From Bilabrum cf. latius (Eukaryota), in assembly GCA_965178125.1 (NCBI GenBank), contig OZ237754.1:186001-250000 (forward strand): a stretch of DNA of 64,000 bases, in the 5' to 3' direction. The position numbers and the translations under genes are program-made. Positions 47,761 through 60,247 of this stretch are shown piece by piece; position 1 is the stretch's first letter; the number at the start of each line of letters is the position of its first letter. The notes under the pieces are model-generated. The model did no database searches, had not been told where the DNA came from, and was given only the letters and a program-made list of their open reading frames with translations.

Positions 47761-49351
47761 ATGCAAGCTCCATGGCCCCTTGGAGATTCTACCACTGTAG
47801 AGTAGCTTGAATAGTAGATTCAAGATATGAACCAGATTGACATCAGAACGCTCGGACCGTAAGAAGAATCCAGCTCTGGAAGTGGCGTGATTTGGGAGCA
47901 AGGGCAGCGGCACTTCACCTGGCTGCCCTACAGCATCTCTTGGGTCCGCACGGGCTCGTGCAGTTCCCATCCATGACCTGCTCGATAAACATAATTCCAT
48001 TGATTGCGACTATCCTTGAAATTGCTTTCATCTTGGGAGGCAGAGCACAGACTTGCTCACGTGAAGTGCACCTCCTGGTCCGATTGATTCTCGCTCCGTA
48101 TGCCTCGCAGGAAGCAACGAACACGACATAATGCGCGCCGTGCAAGGCTAAGGAGACGGCTGGATCTGTTGGTACTCGAGTAGGAGGCTCAAAAGCTGGA
48201 GGGCGAAAACTCTATCATTCGTCGAGTGCTGTTGTACGTAGAGGACATTTATGAAGATGCTCGAAACAGACAGAGCCAGGCGGCAGCAGTGCAAAATCCA
48301 TCGGATCAGCATGTTTTGGCTGATTAGGGTGTGAGCCTAGCACTGTTGTCGCAGGCAGCCTCAGCAGCAAGCGAGACGTTCCGTACTACCGCAACTACAC
48401 CTTCTCTCCAACTGGGCCAGAGTGCCTCGACGCAACCTCCTCAGATGTCCATGATAGATACACCGCAATCGATTGGACCACGACGGATGGCAGGGATCCC
48501 GCCAGTTGCCGTAAGCGGGATATCGAGCTCAGGGTCCGACCGCGCTGGGCCAACCACCACCGAGATGAGTACGCTACCGTTGGATTATTCGTAGTAGCAG
48601 TAGTTGTAGCAGCCATAGGAGTCGATGTAGAGCCAATTTACCGCCGAGTCAAGCTCCAGTAGGACCGAATCCGTGGTTGATGGCCTGGATGAGCGCTCCA
48701 AGCAACTGGCCGAGGGCCTCAACGCCGTGCGAGCCATCGAGCTGCAACTGCAGCAGGCAAAAATACTGGCAAACACGCTGAGACAGGCAGTTCCACTCCC
48801 TTCATCGAATTCTTTCGATCGAGCCGGCACTGCAATCGAGCCCAGCAGTGCACAGAGCCATCAGCTGCAACTGAGGCACGGTGGAATGGATGCCTTTGAG
48901 GCCCACGCGAAGGGGATCGGCGAAAAGCAAGCGCTCGTGGCTCCTGGCCCGCCCCGTGGGGGTGGCCTTAGGAATCCCTTCGGCCCCACAGGATCCGAAT
49001 CGGACGGAAGCTTTGGGGGCCTTGTCGCAGCCGTCGCGGGGGGCATGCCGCCGGGGCCTGGCGGGTACCCGGCCGATTCAGGGGCAGATTCCTTCGCGCA
49101 GCTTCGGGGCGGGGCAGGGTCCAGCACGATATCGTCCTTGGCTGGTGCTAGAGGACGTGTGAAGCGCAGGAGCTATTCCAAGGCGGGATCCTTCGACGAC
49201 GACGGAGCAGACAGCTCCAGGGCGGGATCTGCGGGTGCGATGCCCGGGGCATTCTTCGCAAAAGCGTCTGGAATCGTCAACTCTTCTGCGTCCCAGTCGG
49301 GCTTGGAACAAGGCAGCAGCAAGAACATGCAAGCTGCTGCGAATCACAGCT

Positions 49352-49382
<31 letters not shown>

Positions 49383-52206
49383 TGCAAGCGGGCCGCATGC
49401 GCCTCTTCAGAACAGCGGGCGGCCATCCTCCGTCTCCATGCGCCTGGCCGGACTCTCTAGACTGCAGCCACCCGTGGCACCGTTCGGCCACACGGGCACC
49501 ACCTCCATGCCCGGGGAGTGGAAGGGTGTGGGGGAACATCGGCAAGGTAGCGGAAGGAGAGCAGCGGTGCGCCAGGGTGGGCACGGCCACGGATAGCACG
49601 GTAGCTCCATGCAATCTTCCACACGGACGGGCACCACCGCCCCGGGTGCAGCCAATGGACACGACCGGGATCGGGACACTGGTTCCTCCTCCAACGACCT
49701 GGGGCTTGATCCTTCAAGGAGCGTTGGGAAGGATAGTCGTTCCAGTGGCCAACGCGGGTCCTCAAGCTCTTCAGCGGCGAACAGCAACCGTGATGGCAAC
49801 GCGAGCGGAGGTGGCAGGAGCGGGCCCGACGAGCGGTAGTCAGGCAGCAGCGGCAACAGCAGTGCGCGGCTGGTCAGGGGGGGCAGGGCTGGAGAGAGAC
49901 ATCAACGCAAGGACTCTAGCGGAGCTGACAGCGGCGGGGATCTCGATCCAGTGTCCTAGGCCGGTGGAGCTGCCTTCCTCGTGCCCTCCTCGCACATGCG
50001 AGCCCCCCACCGTTCAGACTCGGGCTCCGACTCGGGCTCGGGACAGTCTGGGGTGGGGGTGGGCCGGCTCGGGGTGCCTTCAGGGACCGCAAGCCACGGC
50101 GCTTCATCCCACATGCAGGCCGTGCTGGGGTACCGGGGAACCCAGCCGGACGACGACAACGAGTACGGGCAGCCCGAAGGACAGGCAGAAGGGCCTGGTC
50201 GATTTCAGCCGGGTGCCACCGCCACCGCCACAGGCAGCGATGTGGGAGGTCCTGGAGGGAGCGGCATGGACGCTCCAGGTGAAGCTGCAGCGAACCAAGT
50301 GGTCGAGGCGGGACAGGCCACCGGTACCGATGGTGCTGAGGCATCTCGAGAGGATGTCATCAGGGTGGCTCAAGAGGCTGCGCATGCCGTGCTCGGAGGA
50401 CAAGTTCCTACGGAGGTGCGCCTGTCTGACGCAGACTCTGCGATGGCAATCCCTCCGAACTGCAACGTGGAGAATGAGATAGCCAGGAACACGATGCTGG
50501 ACTCGCGAGAGAGTTTCATGATCTGCAACGGGCTGGAGAACTAGGTGATCGAGCAAGGCGTGGCCGTGTGCACCGTCATGTTCGTGTCGGATGGGCTGCA
50601 GAAGATGTGCGGCTTCATGCCCGGCGAGCTCGTGGGCTTGCCGTGGACAGTGCTTCTGCATCCCGAGCACCGCTCGGAAGACGCTGCCTCGATGTAGCTC
50701 ACCACGATGCGCCGCGCAGGCATGGCGGAGGCGGTGGTGCAGTGCAGGAAGAGGGATGGCAGCTGCTTCTGGAACCACTGCTTGGTCGCACCCGTGATCC
50801 ACAACAGTCCAGGCAGTCCCGTCATCCGCTGGGCGTTCCTCATGAAAGAGGTCACCCCGGAGTTCGCCAGAGAGCGCAAGCTCCAGCTGGCCCAGGTCGA
50901 GGTGGCAAGCGCGCGGCAGATCAGGCAGGTGCAGCCGGGCTGGGGCAAAGGCTCACGCGCAGGCGCGAGTGCTTCAGGTGCGCACAATCGCCGCGGCAGG
51001 GCAAGGGCAAGCCAGCAGTACGCAGGCTAGCGAGGGTCGCGCCCGTCCAGCATGGCAGGGATGCACAGCGGCAGCGGCAGTGGGTCCGGGAGGGGTACTC
51101 CAGCCCAGTACCAGGAGGGGTTCGGTGGTAGACCCTTCCATGGCAGCGGTATGCCTCCCGTGTCGGCTCTTGGAATGAGCATGGCCAGGACTGGGGGCAG
51201 CAGCGGGCACAGCAGCGTTCACATGCGGCAGGTCAGGACCTCCGGTTCCAGCGGGGCCAACGCTGCCTTCGGGGGCCTGCGAGACCCTGAGACCGGGATG
51301 GCTCCGCTGAGCAACGGCAACAGCAGCAGCAGCAGCGGTGGTAGTGGTGGACACTTCGGGCTGTCTGGTCTCGGGCCCGTCGAGTGGCTTCCTCCTCGCA
51401 CTGGCGACGGCAAGCCCCGCGGCATCATCGGGCGCGAGCATGACAGCAGGGACGCGTATTCAGTCGCTTCTTCGATGTTCTCGAGAGAGGCTGCGGCATT
51501 CGGGGGCAGGTCGCGGAGCCTGAGGGCAGCTGGCATGGATGGGTTGGCGCTGCCGCCTAGAGGGGGAGAGGGGGGGACTGGCAGCAGCGTAGATTTAGGC
51601 AGCGCCGAAGTGCAATCGTACCAAGGCTCGCTGTAGCCAGGCAATGCCTCGGCATCGACGACCCCCCGTGCTGGAATCATGCATGCTGGTAGCGATGCCG
51701 CTAGAGGGGCTCAGCTACTGCCTTCTGGGTTTGAGAGAGGTAGCATCGGTGCAGATGGCAGCAGTGAGTTGGGGGTGAAGCATGGATTGGACAGCCTGCA
51801 AGGCGGACCAGCTCCGAGCCGTGCTCGAGGCAAGGCGGGTCGTGGCGCTCCAGTCGGTGCCAACCAGAACGGGGCCACCCAAATGATGAGCGGGGAAGAG
51901 CTCGATCACCAGCGCTCTGGCTCCGCAGAGTCGTTCCCGCGGATTGGTTCTCTGGCGAGGCAGAAGCACAATGGTCCCGCGGCTGCCGGATCGCAGATCT
52001 CCATGCCATCGACGTCGCGCCCCTTTGATTTGGCGGCGGTAGCACTGCATACACATCAGCACTCTGCAAGCTCGAAGGGGGATTCCCAGCGAGTGCCAGT
52101 GCAACAAGCTCTTGGGGCCGGACACTCGGCTGACGCTCAGGAGAAGGCTGCGATGGCCGGTGATGACCAGGAGCCCTCTGCAAAGCGGAGACGAGTGTAG
52201 AATTGA
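47761..52206 (+). CDS. bZIP transcription factor with a downstream PAS (LOV-like, Cys-less) domain, ~1397 aa
   Basis: Exon 47761-47858, intron 47859-48110 (GTAAGA...TCGCAG), exon 48111-52206; ~20 TAGs. Basic region/zipper KQRTRHNARRARLRRRLDLLVLE(Q)EAQKLEGENSII. PAS region 50490-50860 (SFMIC..VMFVSDGLQKMCGF..ELVG..RKRDGSCFWN..VAPV..MKEVT). Poly-Q tracts; C-terminal KRRR. Ends in TGA. First exon is inferred. Confidence 0.75.
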
Positions 52207-52444
52207 CTTTTATGAATTGCTAGCTGCAGAACTGTTGTTGAATATACACGAAAAGTTGACTGGAGCACCTGAAGAAAGAAGCAATTTGGCAGCACGTGCA
52301 GACTGTGACCAGGGCACGCCGGACACAGTCACCAGCTATCGTGTTCACAGCATCCGCCCCCACCCCTACGTCTCTGTTGCATGCCATCTTCGACTAGAGG
52401 GCACCCCGCCGCTCGTCCGGGCCTGGGTACTCGGCACCTGCAGC

Positions 52445-54046
52445 TCAGGTGCTGCCAGCTCCAGAGCTGGCCGAGGTCGTGCCGGCCTCGTCGCCCTTGG
52501 CACAGCTTGCCGCTGCGACCCAAATGCGCCTTGCGATGCCCCCCCTTGGGCTGCTGCTGTCGGCCTCCTTGAAGCACCCCTTCAGAGACTCAAGCACCTG
52601 GCGCCTGGCATCGAGCAGCCGCGCGTCACCGGCTGCCGCCGCCGGGAGGCTCAAGGGGAGCTTGCACTGGAGCATTGGGTCGCTGGATGCGCCTGCACGA
52701 GCGCCAGATGCAATGTTTCTGGATCGTTTTGCGTCTGGTTCTGCCCTGGACGCGCGATCTTCCGTGGCTGATGCCGGCACACTGCGGCTGGAGCTGCCTT
52801 GAGCACCAGATTGCTCATCGCACTCCGGCTCCCTTTCCACCCGAAGCTGCCTCAAGCACTCTGCTTGCCACTGGAGGCCGTACTTGGGAAGATCTTCATT
52901 CGCCTCGTGCCATTTCTCCATGGAAGACACGATTCTCTGCCTGTGGGCGGGTGAGAGATCGGCGTCTGTGGACAGGCACCACCCGGGTATCCCCTCTTCC
53001 ATGGAGAGGCACTCGCGCAGAAGGGGCAGGGCGAATCCATGGCCCATGCACAGCTCGTAGTCGTCGAATTGGCTGCTTTCGTCGGCTGCCGCCCGACTGT
53101 CGGACTTGGAGATGTACGTGTAGGAGGTGTCCTCGACACTGGTGCCGGTCGAAACCTCGGCTGGCGAGTTGTTGTCGCCGAGGAAATGGCAGATGCAGTC
53201 GCCTTCTGCGTCTCCATAGACTACAGAATTCATCCTCAGTGAGGAAAGAAGCTCCGCTGCGATCGCGACGAGCGTGCCGTGCCGTGCGACCAAAGACACG
53301 GGGTTTGCGTCGCCCCAGGCCTGCCCTTCCTTGGCAGATCCACCACTGCCTGCGAACACTTCTTTCTGGGCCCTTCGTAGCTCACGCATGGCAGTCGACA
53401 GACGGTACAGATCTACCGTGTTCATGACAGCCTCCTTGGAAACACGAACGCTCCCCTCGCTCTCCGGGCAATGCAAGCCAGCGGCTGCCGGGGAGCCCTT
53501 GGGTATGCCAGGCACCGATGAGTAGCCGTTTAAAAGCATTCCCATAGCATTGTCGCCTGATGCCAACCCGAAAGCTGTCTTGCGCAGCTCAATTGGGCCA
53601 TGTGCTGCTTGCTTCGAGCCTGCCTCAGTGCCTGGTGCCTGTTCATCGCTCTAGCCCATGAGCGAAGATGCGAGACTTTTGGCTTGTTGATTGAGCATCG
53701 TTAGCACAGTCTTGCGCGATTTGCTCTTCATATCTTTGAGGGCCTCTGTGGATGTACGCAGCTGCTCCTCAGCTGCTCTCTGGGCTGATTTGGCTTGCGC
53801 GAGAGTAGTCTCGCGCTGGCGTAGCTCCGAGGACACCCTCGCATCTCTTGATTGTAACCTTCCAACAGTCTACTCGAGACTAGTCTTCTTTTTCTGAGTG
53901 TTGCGGTGCCTGGCTTGCACTTCTGCCAGACGCTCTTCCAGCTTCTTCGTCCTCGCCTGTGCCTAGATGAGCTCCTTCTCTTGCTGGCCGAAAGCATTTA
54001 TCACAGAATCTAGCTTATCTTTTTCTTGATCAAGGTACGATGCCAT
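52445..54046 (-). CDS. Hypothetical protein with an N-terminal coiled coil (~533 aa)
   Basis: One frame from ATG 54046 (MASYLDQEKDKLDSVINAFGQQEKELI(Q)AQARTKKLEERLAEVQ...) through 3 TAGs to TGA 52445. Confidence 0.65.
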
Positions 54047-54249
54047 GACACAGCTTGACAAGCCCTCTTAGGAGTGAAGTAGTATCAGTGCTCGCTTCGC
54101 GGTTGTGGTCGCACAGCGCGGCCGGGCGCCGCAATATCTCGGGTGTGGTTCCGCAAAGCCAATCGAATTTTGGCGTATTTCTGCAGACTGCATGCAATTA
54201 AAAACTCAAATTAATCGCTAGGCAATCAATTTACGGGCGCTTGTGAGTG

Positions 54250-56538
54250 ATGCAATCGCAAGATCCGGAGGAGGAGCCTTCTTCTGTGCTCCTACTGCGG
54301 AGCCCTCCCGTCGCGGTAAGCGCAAAGTCACGCGGAGCGCTGGACGGTAGCGGCGAAATCGGTGGTGACAGCGATGAAGATAAAGGTGCTGGTGTTGTCA
54401 TTTGCTGCCGTGTCTCTCGCGCATCTTGTACGGACTTCGTAGCAGTGGCTCGAGCTCGACGGCTGGCAGACTCTACCGTTATTCGGACGCTGCTGCTAGT
54501 TGCAAACGTGTTTGTATCGCTGCTTTTGATGGTACTTTGCTGTGAGGCTGCGTGGGATCGCGGCACCCAGCAGTATCACACTGATGCCGGCACGGAACGG
54601 CTGCGATGGGCGATCGTCGTGCTTACAGCTCTGCTCGAAGGCCAGCTCGTAGAATACTACGTGAACGCGTACCGCGCAAAGAGACGATTCGTCGTTACAT
54701 TTGATTCAAGCGGGCATGCCAGGCTGCACCAAAAGAGCAAGCCGAGGAACCTCTAGCTCTGGATGCTCGCCGTGGAAATGCTCATTTGCGCCCTCATCCC
54801 GCTCCCAGGCGACGCCCTCGGCATGTCGGTGCGCTCCGGCCTGCTCATGTTTCTGAGGCTTTACCTGGTGTTTCGCCTGCTGCATCAGTGCACTGCGGTG
54901 TACGCGTTCCGGGACGACTTGCTGGCTATCCACACGGCCGCGGGTGACGAGGCGGCCAGGGTCGCCGCCTCTGTCCAGTTCGACGTGGTCTTCTCCCTGA
55001 GGACCCTCTTCGACGCGCAGCCGACTCTTTTCCTGCTCGTGATCGTACTCGCGACCTATTTTCCCATCTCGTTCTGCATCTACGTGCAGGAGAGGGACGA
55101 GCAGCCGGCCGAGTTCAACCTCGCCGGCTCCCTCTTCTTCACGGCCGTCGCGGCCACCACCGTGGGTTTCGGGAGGCTCGTCCCGGTGGATCCGTGGGGC
55201 AAGGCGCTGGCGATCCTCGCCTGCTGCTGGGGCATCATCATCCTCTCGCTCACGGTGACGGTGGTGCAGCGTGGCCTCGCCCTCACGGACGCGGAGGCTC
55301 TCGTCTGGGAGGCAGCCAAAGGGGTCTCGGAGAGGGTCGCCTCAGCCTCCCCGCATGATAAGAATGTGACGGGGGTCAGGTTGCTGACGCGGGAGGGCGA
55401 GGACGGGAAGGTGGTCAACCGGCGGGGCGACTGCATCATGGACGCGGCCTCTTTGCTGCAATGCTGCGGAGCGGTTGCTGGCGGGGCCGACCGCCTCTTC
55501 GCCCCTGAGCCTGGCAGCACGGGGGGGGCGGGATCTACCGGCGAATCTGGCTCGCACGCAGGGTATCAGGAGCTGTCCGAGGGGGGCGGCCGCGCATCCC
55601 TTCTGGGCGCTGGAGGTGCTGGGCCCAGAGGAGGCAGGGGTGGCTACGGCACCTCTGGCGGCGGACCCAAAACAGTCCCACTGCGAGCAATGGGACCCGG
55701 CGGCAAGCCCGTGATCGACGGCAGCAGCGTGCAGCCGAGCAGCCCCGGCGGCCGCGTGCTGCCTTTGCATGTATCTCGAGAGGCCAGCGTGGCAGCCATG
55801 ACTCGGGAAATGCTGGACCAGCAGGAACAGGAGCAGGAGCAGCACGATGCTGAGATGGGAGGCAGGCAGCCCCAATCGAGAGCAGGCAGGGCAGCTGGTG
55901 CTGGTAGGATCCTTGCAGATCCCCCTCTGGAGAGGGACGGGCAGGCGGGACACTCGCAGACGATCGGGCTGCTAGACGTATCCCTGCCTCCGGTGGTCAG
56001 GGCGCTGTCTGCCGGTGGGACTGGCGCCTATCGCCGACTGCCGCGGTCCACTGCTGGCCCACGCAATGGGGCAAGATCCAGGAGCGTATCCGATGCATCC
56101 GTTGCATCGACTGGCGCTGGCGATGCTACTAGGCGACCACAGTCTGGACCCGGGGGAACACATCCCTCACCGCGCCAGGACCTGCGAGGTGGCGCAGACG
56201 AGCCGAGCAGCCGCGCGGGTTCATCGGGCCAGCTGCCTGGGAACAGCAGTCCGCTGGGATCTGCTCGTCGAGATCGCCGGCCCTCTGCCAGGCTAGACCG
56301 GGCAGGCTCTCGCACTAGCCTGGGCACGCACGGGCACTTTGACGTGGACGCGGGAGATGGTGCGCAGGCGTCGGAGGATGCGCACCTGATGGACGTGCCC
56401 ATGCGGCTGCTTTTGCTGCGGGTGGTGCGGGAGCTGGCTGGCCTCAGACACGAGGTGCACTCCCTGAGAGGGCAAGTGAGGGCGCTTGAGCAAGCGAGAG
56501 ATGATCCTTCGGTGCATCTGAACCGGCATCAGCAGTGA
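54250..56538 (+). CDS. SK/KCNN-like potassium channel subunit (~762 aa)
   Basis: TM segments on both sides of TAG 54754. SK-type motifs EMLICALIPLPG and LMFLRLYLVFR; pore SLFFTAVAATTVGFGRLVP. C-terminal coiled coil. Ends in TGA. Confidence 0.85.
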
Positions 56539-57128
56539 CACGCAGACCTAGCGCTGAGTTTCGAAGTCCGTATTCTGGCACGGGCAAATGCTATTCCACC
56601 ACACTCACAAGCCTTCCCGGCCACACGCTCAACTACATGCATGGACCATGTATCGATATTTGCCTGCCTGCAGAACACTTTGCGAACACAAAAGTACAAC
56701 AACAAGCAATCGAACAATACGCACATCGGCGTTGCCCAGTTGCAGTTGCACTTCGCGACGCGCTCGCCACCCGATTAGTCCATCATCGACGCCCAATGCA
56801 AATGCAGAGTAATCATTGCCATGTGTGTGCGACTTGTGGCATTCGAATCAACGTGCCTGCGCGATGGCACACCTTGACACTGGTCGCTCCTGCTTGAGCA
56901 AGCACGAACTGGCTCGCGGCCACAACGCCATCTCTCCCGGCATGTGCTTCAAAGCCGTGTTAGTATCATATGATGCATACACGTTGCACGCTAGCGTATC
57001 TGAAGCTATCGCTGCCTCCCCGCGAAAGCCGTGCTTACATAAGGCCTCAAGGCGCGCTCCAGACTGGCCAAGCACCTGCCGAGGCTGCCTGGCACACGGG
57101 GCAAGGGGCCCCTTGCATTGCTGCGATT

Positions 57129-57387
57129 CCGGCTTATACAGAAATACAGAAATACATTGTTGGGTTAAGTTACCGAACCCGCCACAGATGCACCATATCT
57201 CAGGTGATCACCTGCAGCGGTAGGAGCCCTCATAAGAGGACTACAAGACCCCCGGCTTATACAGAAATACAGAAATACATTGTTGGGTAAAGATTCCACA
57301 AGCACCCAGATGCACCGTTGCCCCCGAAGGAGTTCGAGTGATCACCTGAATCCAGAGGAGTCCTCAAACAAGGACTACAAGACCCCC
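57129..57387. repeat. Two-copy degenerate tandem duplication (~125-135 bp unit)
   Basis: Exact 37-bp match CCGGCTTATACAGAAATACAGAAATACATTGTTGGGT at 57129 and 57252. The units also share CAGATGCACC, GTGATCACCTG and AGGACTACAAGACCCCC. Confidence 0.85.
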
Positions 57388-57487
57388 GACCCTTTCAGGC
57401 CAAAGGCCCCCCAATCTCAGCCTACACCGCCGAGTCCCCTTTATTCGCCATCAATGTGGTCCCCCACAAGCCCTCAGCCTGATGCCT

Positions 57488-58258
57488 TCACAAGGAGAAA
57501 GCATACAGGTGCGGAGCATGTGCCCGGCACAAAGCGCGGTCCAGTCCCACATCAGGGTCCCCTGCCGGGACCCACCATTTCCTCCTCCATGACCGTCTCT
57601 GCGTCTCACGATCCTTCAGAGAGGCTAGCATGCACGCGCTCATGCCTTTGGCCCATTGCCTCTCTATGTCCCTTAGCAAGCCGTGGGGCTTAAACATCCG
57701 TCGCTGTAGCCGAGCGTTCGCATTGGTTGCCGCTATCAGCTCTTGCGTGGCCGTGGCGGCAAGAGCAGCCGCCGCATCGCCTCGCATCCACTGCCTGCAC
57801 GTCAGCTACTCCTGCTAGCGCAGCTGGTTCCTGATCACCTGCACCACTCGGTTGGCCAGCTCCTTGACAGCTGTCCGTTCCGATGACCGCGCAATCGTAC
57901 GCTCTATCCGAGTGAGTGCGTCTTCGACGATTGGCTTGGCCCTGCTGGTGCGCTCCAGCTTCTCGTCCCAAGGGTCCTGAGCGAGAGCTGTCTTCGCCCA
58001 TGCTTTCCGGAGGGAGGCAGGGGACCTCCCTCTATTCTGATCCGCATCATCGGGTTGCCACGGTCTCGTTCCGGCATGATGGTCATGCTCGGCCCGCTCC
58101 ATCTGCTCTACCGCGGTGCCCATCACTTGAAGGTTGGGCGTGCCCTGTTGCGGGTATTGTCCAGCTCGGATGCGCAGAATTCGTCTTCCTTGGTGGCCGT
58201 ATTCCTGCACCACCGCTGCTGTTGGCATGGCTCCCTGCGATTCCATGTTGCGTGTCAT
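57488..58258 (-). CDS. Hypothetical protein (~256 aa if TAG=Gln)
   Basis: ORFs 57815-58258 and 57488-57787 are in one frame, joined by TAG-CAG-GAG-TAG (NQLR(Q)QE(Q)LTC). Ends in TGA. No domain recognised. Confidence 0.45.
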
Positions 58259-58362
58259 TGCACGCCAATGCAGATTGCCACATTCCCCAGTCGCTCCTTG
58301 GACGCCTCATTCCTGAAGTCGCTACCGCACCCACGGCCGCCTACTCCAAGCCAACGACAAGC

Positions 58363-59755
58363 ATGAAGACCGCCATCATCGCAATCATCGCAGCTTGCAC
58401 TGCCATGGCTGCAATCACCGAGGACCGCATGGCCCAGTTCGCGCAATGGGCCGCCCAGCACGGCAAGACCTACGAGGGCGAGGAGGCCCACCGCCGCCTG
58501 GAGATTTTCTCGGCCAAAGCCGAGGCCATCGAGGAGCACAACGCCAAGGGCCTGCCATGGACCATGGGCCTGAACGAGTTCTCTGATCTGACGAACGAGG
58601 AGTTTGCCGCCATCTACACAGGAGGCTTCAAAGGCGCCTCCCACAACGTGAGCGACCTGACCAAAGTCGCTCGTCGGACGCAGGGGCAGGGCAGCCTGCC
58701 GCCATCGGTCGATTGGACCGCAGCAGGTAAGAAGTAAATGGTATTGTGATTGCTTGCGCTTGCTAGCATTTGAATCCTGGTCCTGGAACACTCAGTTCTT
58801 GGACCGGCCAGTCTGGTGTCCGAAATTGACAGAAGTCGAATTGCCACCTGAGCATTTCGTCCCCCCTAGAGGGTATCATGGGATGATGCGTGCTGTTGAT
58901 CCTAGTAATCATATCATATTGAGTGTGTGTGTGTGTTGCAGTGCAAGTGTCCATCCGCTAGCGAGATGCTGGTGATGTGGCCCAGATTGGGATGCTTGGC
59001 GAGATGGTCAACCCGGCCGAACACGTGCTCAGCAAACTAGCCGCCGCGCCATGCACCCATGATTATAGTAATCGCAATTATCGGATTGTTTTTCTGTTTC
59101 CGCAGGTGCCGTCACACCGGTGAAGACCCAGCAGAGGATGATGTGCGGGTCCGACTACGCATTCTCTGCGGCAGGTGCCATAGAGGGCATCGACTTCATC
59201 AAGAACGGTGGGCCGGTCACCAGCCTGTCCGTGCAGCAGATCGTGGACTGCTCTGGGCCGTACACGAACAACGGTTGCGGGGGAGGCACCATGATCATGA
59301 GCTTCCACTACGCCCAGCAGGTCTTCGGCCTCACCCACGACGTGGACTACCCCTACACCGCCCAGGATGGCACCTGCCAATGCAACGGCATGGCGCCTCC
59401 ATGCCTGGTGCGAGTGCCAATCACGACGTTCTCCACCGTGCCGAGCGGGTCCGAGCAGGACCTCATGGCAGCCGTGGCCAGGCAGCCCATCTCCGTGGCG
59501 GTCTCTGCCCAATCGCTCAACTTCCAGAACTACCACAGCGGCGTCATGACGGCCCCATGCGGCACCCACCTCGACACCGGCATGCTGCTGGTCGGCTATG
59601 GCACCCTCAACGGGCAGGACTACTGGAAGGTCAAGAACCAGTGGGGCACCACGTGGGGCGATCAGGGGTACATTTTGCTGGGCCGGGGGCCTCAGTTCGG
59701 GGCTGCTGGGCAGTGCGGGATCCAGATGGATGCGTCGTACCCGGAGATCCTGTGA
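58363..59755 (+). CDS. Papain/cathepsin-L family (C1A) protein with I29 propeptide; catalytic residues substituted (~337 aa)
   Basis: Exon 58363-58726 (signal peptide, FAQWAAQHGKTY, MGLNEFSDLTNEEF, LPPSVDW), intron 58727-59105, exon 59106-59755 (GAVTPVKTQ, CGSDYAFS, SLSVQQIVDCS, GCGGG, YPY, LDTGMLLVGYG, YWKVKNQWG). Ends in TGA. Confidence 0.92.
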
Positions 59756-60247
59756 GCGCTGCTCGCGTGCTGAGCGGGCGGCGAATGCCACCACTGGCAG
59801 CCACGAGACCTTGTTGCTCATAGGTCGGGCTGCCTGTACCCTGTTGATGAAATGTTTGCTTTGCTTGCTAGTGATAGATATTGTTGATGCAATTCACTGC
59901 CAGACTTGCTGAGCCCTGCAGCTTTGAATGCACGTAATCCCAAGGAGTACTCCGGCGAAGCTCCTGGCCTCACTGAGTGCCTGCTGTTCCCAATGGCTGT
60001 TAGTACCCGGGATGCTATAGCTTTAGTTTATTTACTAGGGTAATATTTCTGTTGTGATCGTGAATGAGATGCCTGCATGCACGCGCACATCGGATTGGTG
60101 CTACCGAAAATTATGTGAAGATGTGGATCCAATACTTGACTCGGTGTTTGCTCGTTGGGACCCTTGGGTTGGAGTCAGAGTGCCGCCTGTGCCTAACTAG
60201 CAAGCGCGTTGGCAGGCCCCGGGAATAAGCGCCACAGCTAGCAGACC

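Noticed and set aside
48592-48636. Pyrrolysine, programmed readthrough, or A-to-I editing (UAG to UGG, Trp) as the explanation for TAG
   Set aside because: Consecutive TAG-TAG codons, up to ~20 per gene, no shared downstream context, and placement in poly-Q and coiled-coil tracts fit general Gln decoding. U-to-C editing cannot be formally excluded without RNA data.
50490-50860. Functional LOV blue-light photoreceptor (true aureochrome)
   Set aside because: The GRNCRFLQ signature with its adduct-forming Cys is absent; kept only as a LOV-like PAS domain.
57129-57387. CRISPR array (37-bp exact repeat)
   Set aside because: Only two copies, the intervening sequences resemble each other rather than being unique spacers, there are no cas genes, and the context is eukaryotic.
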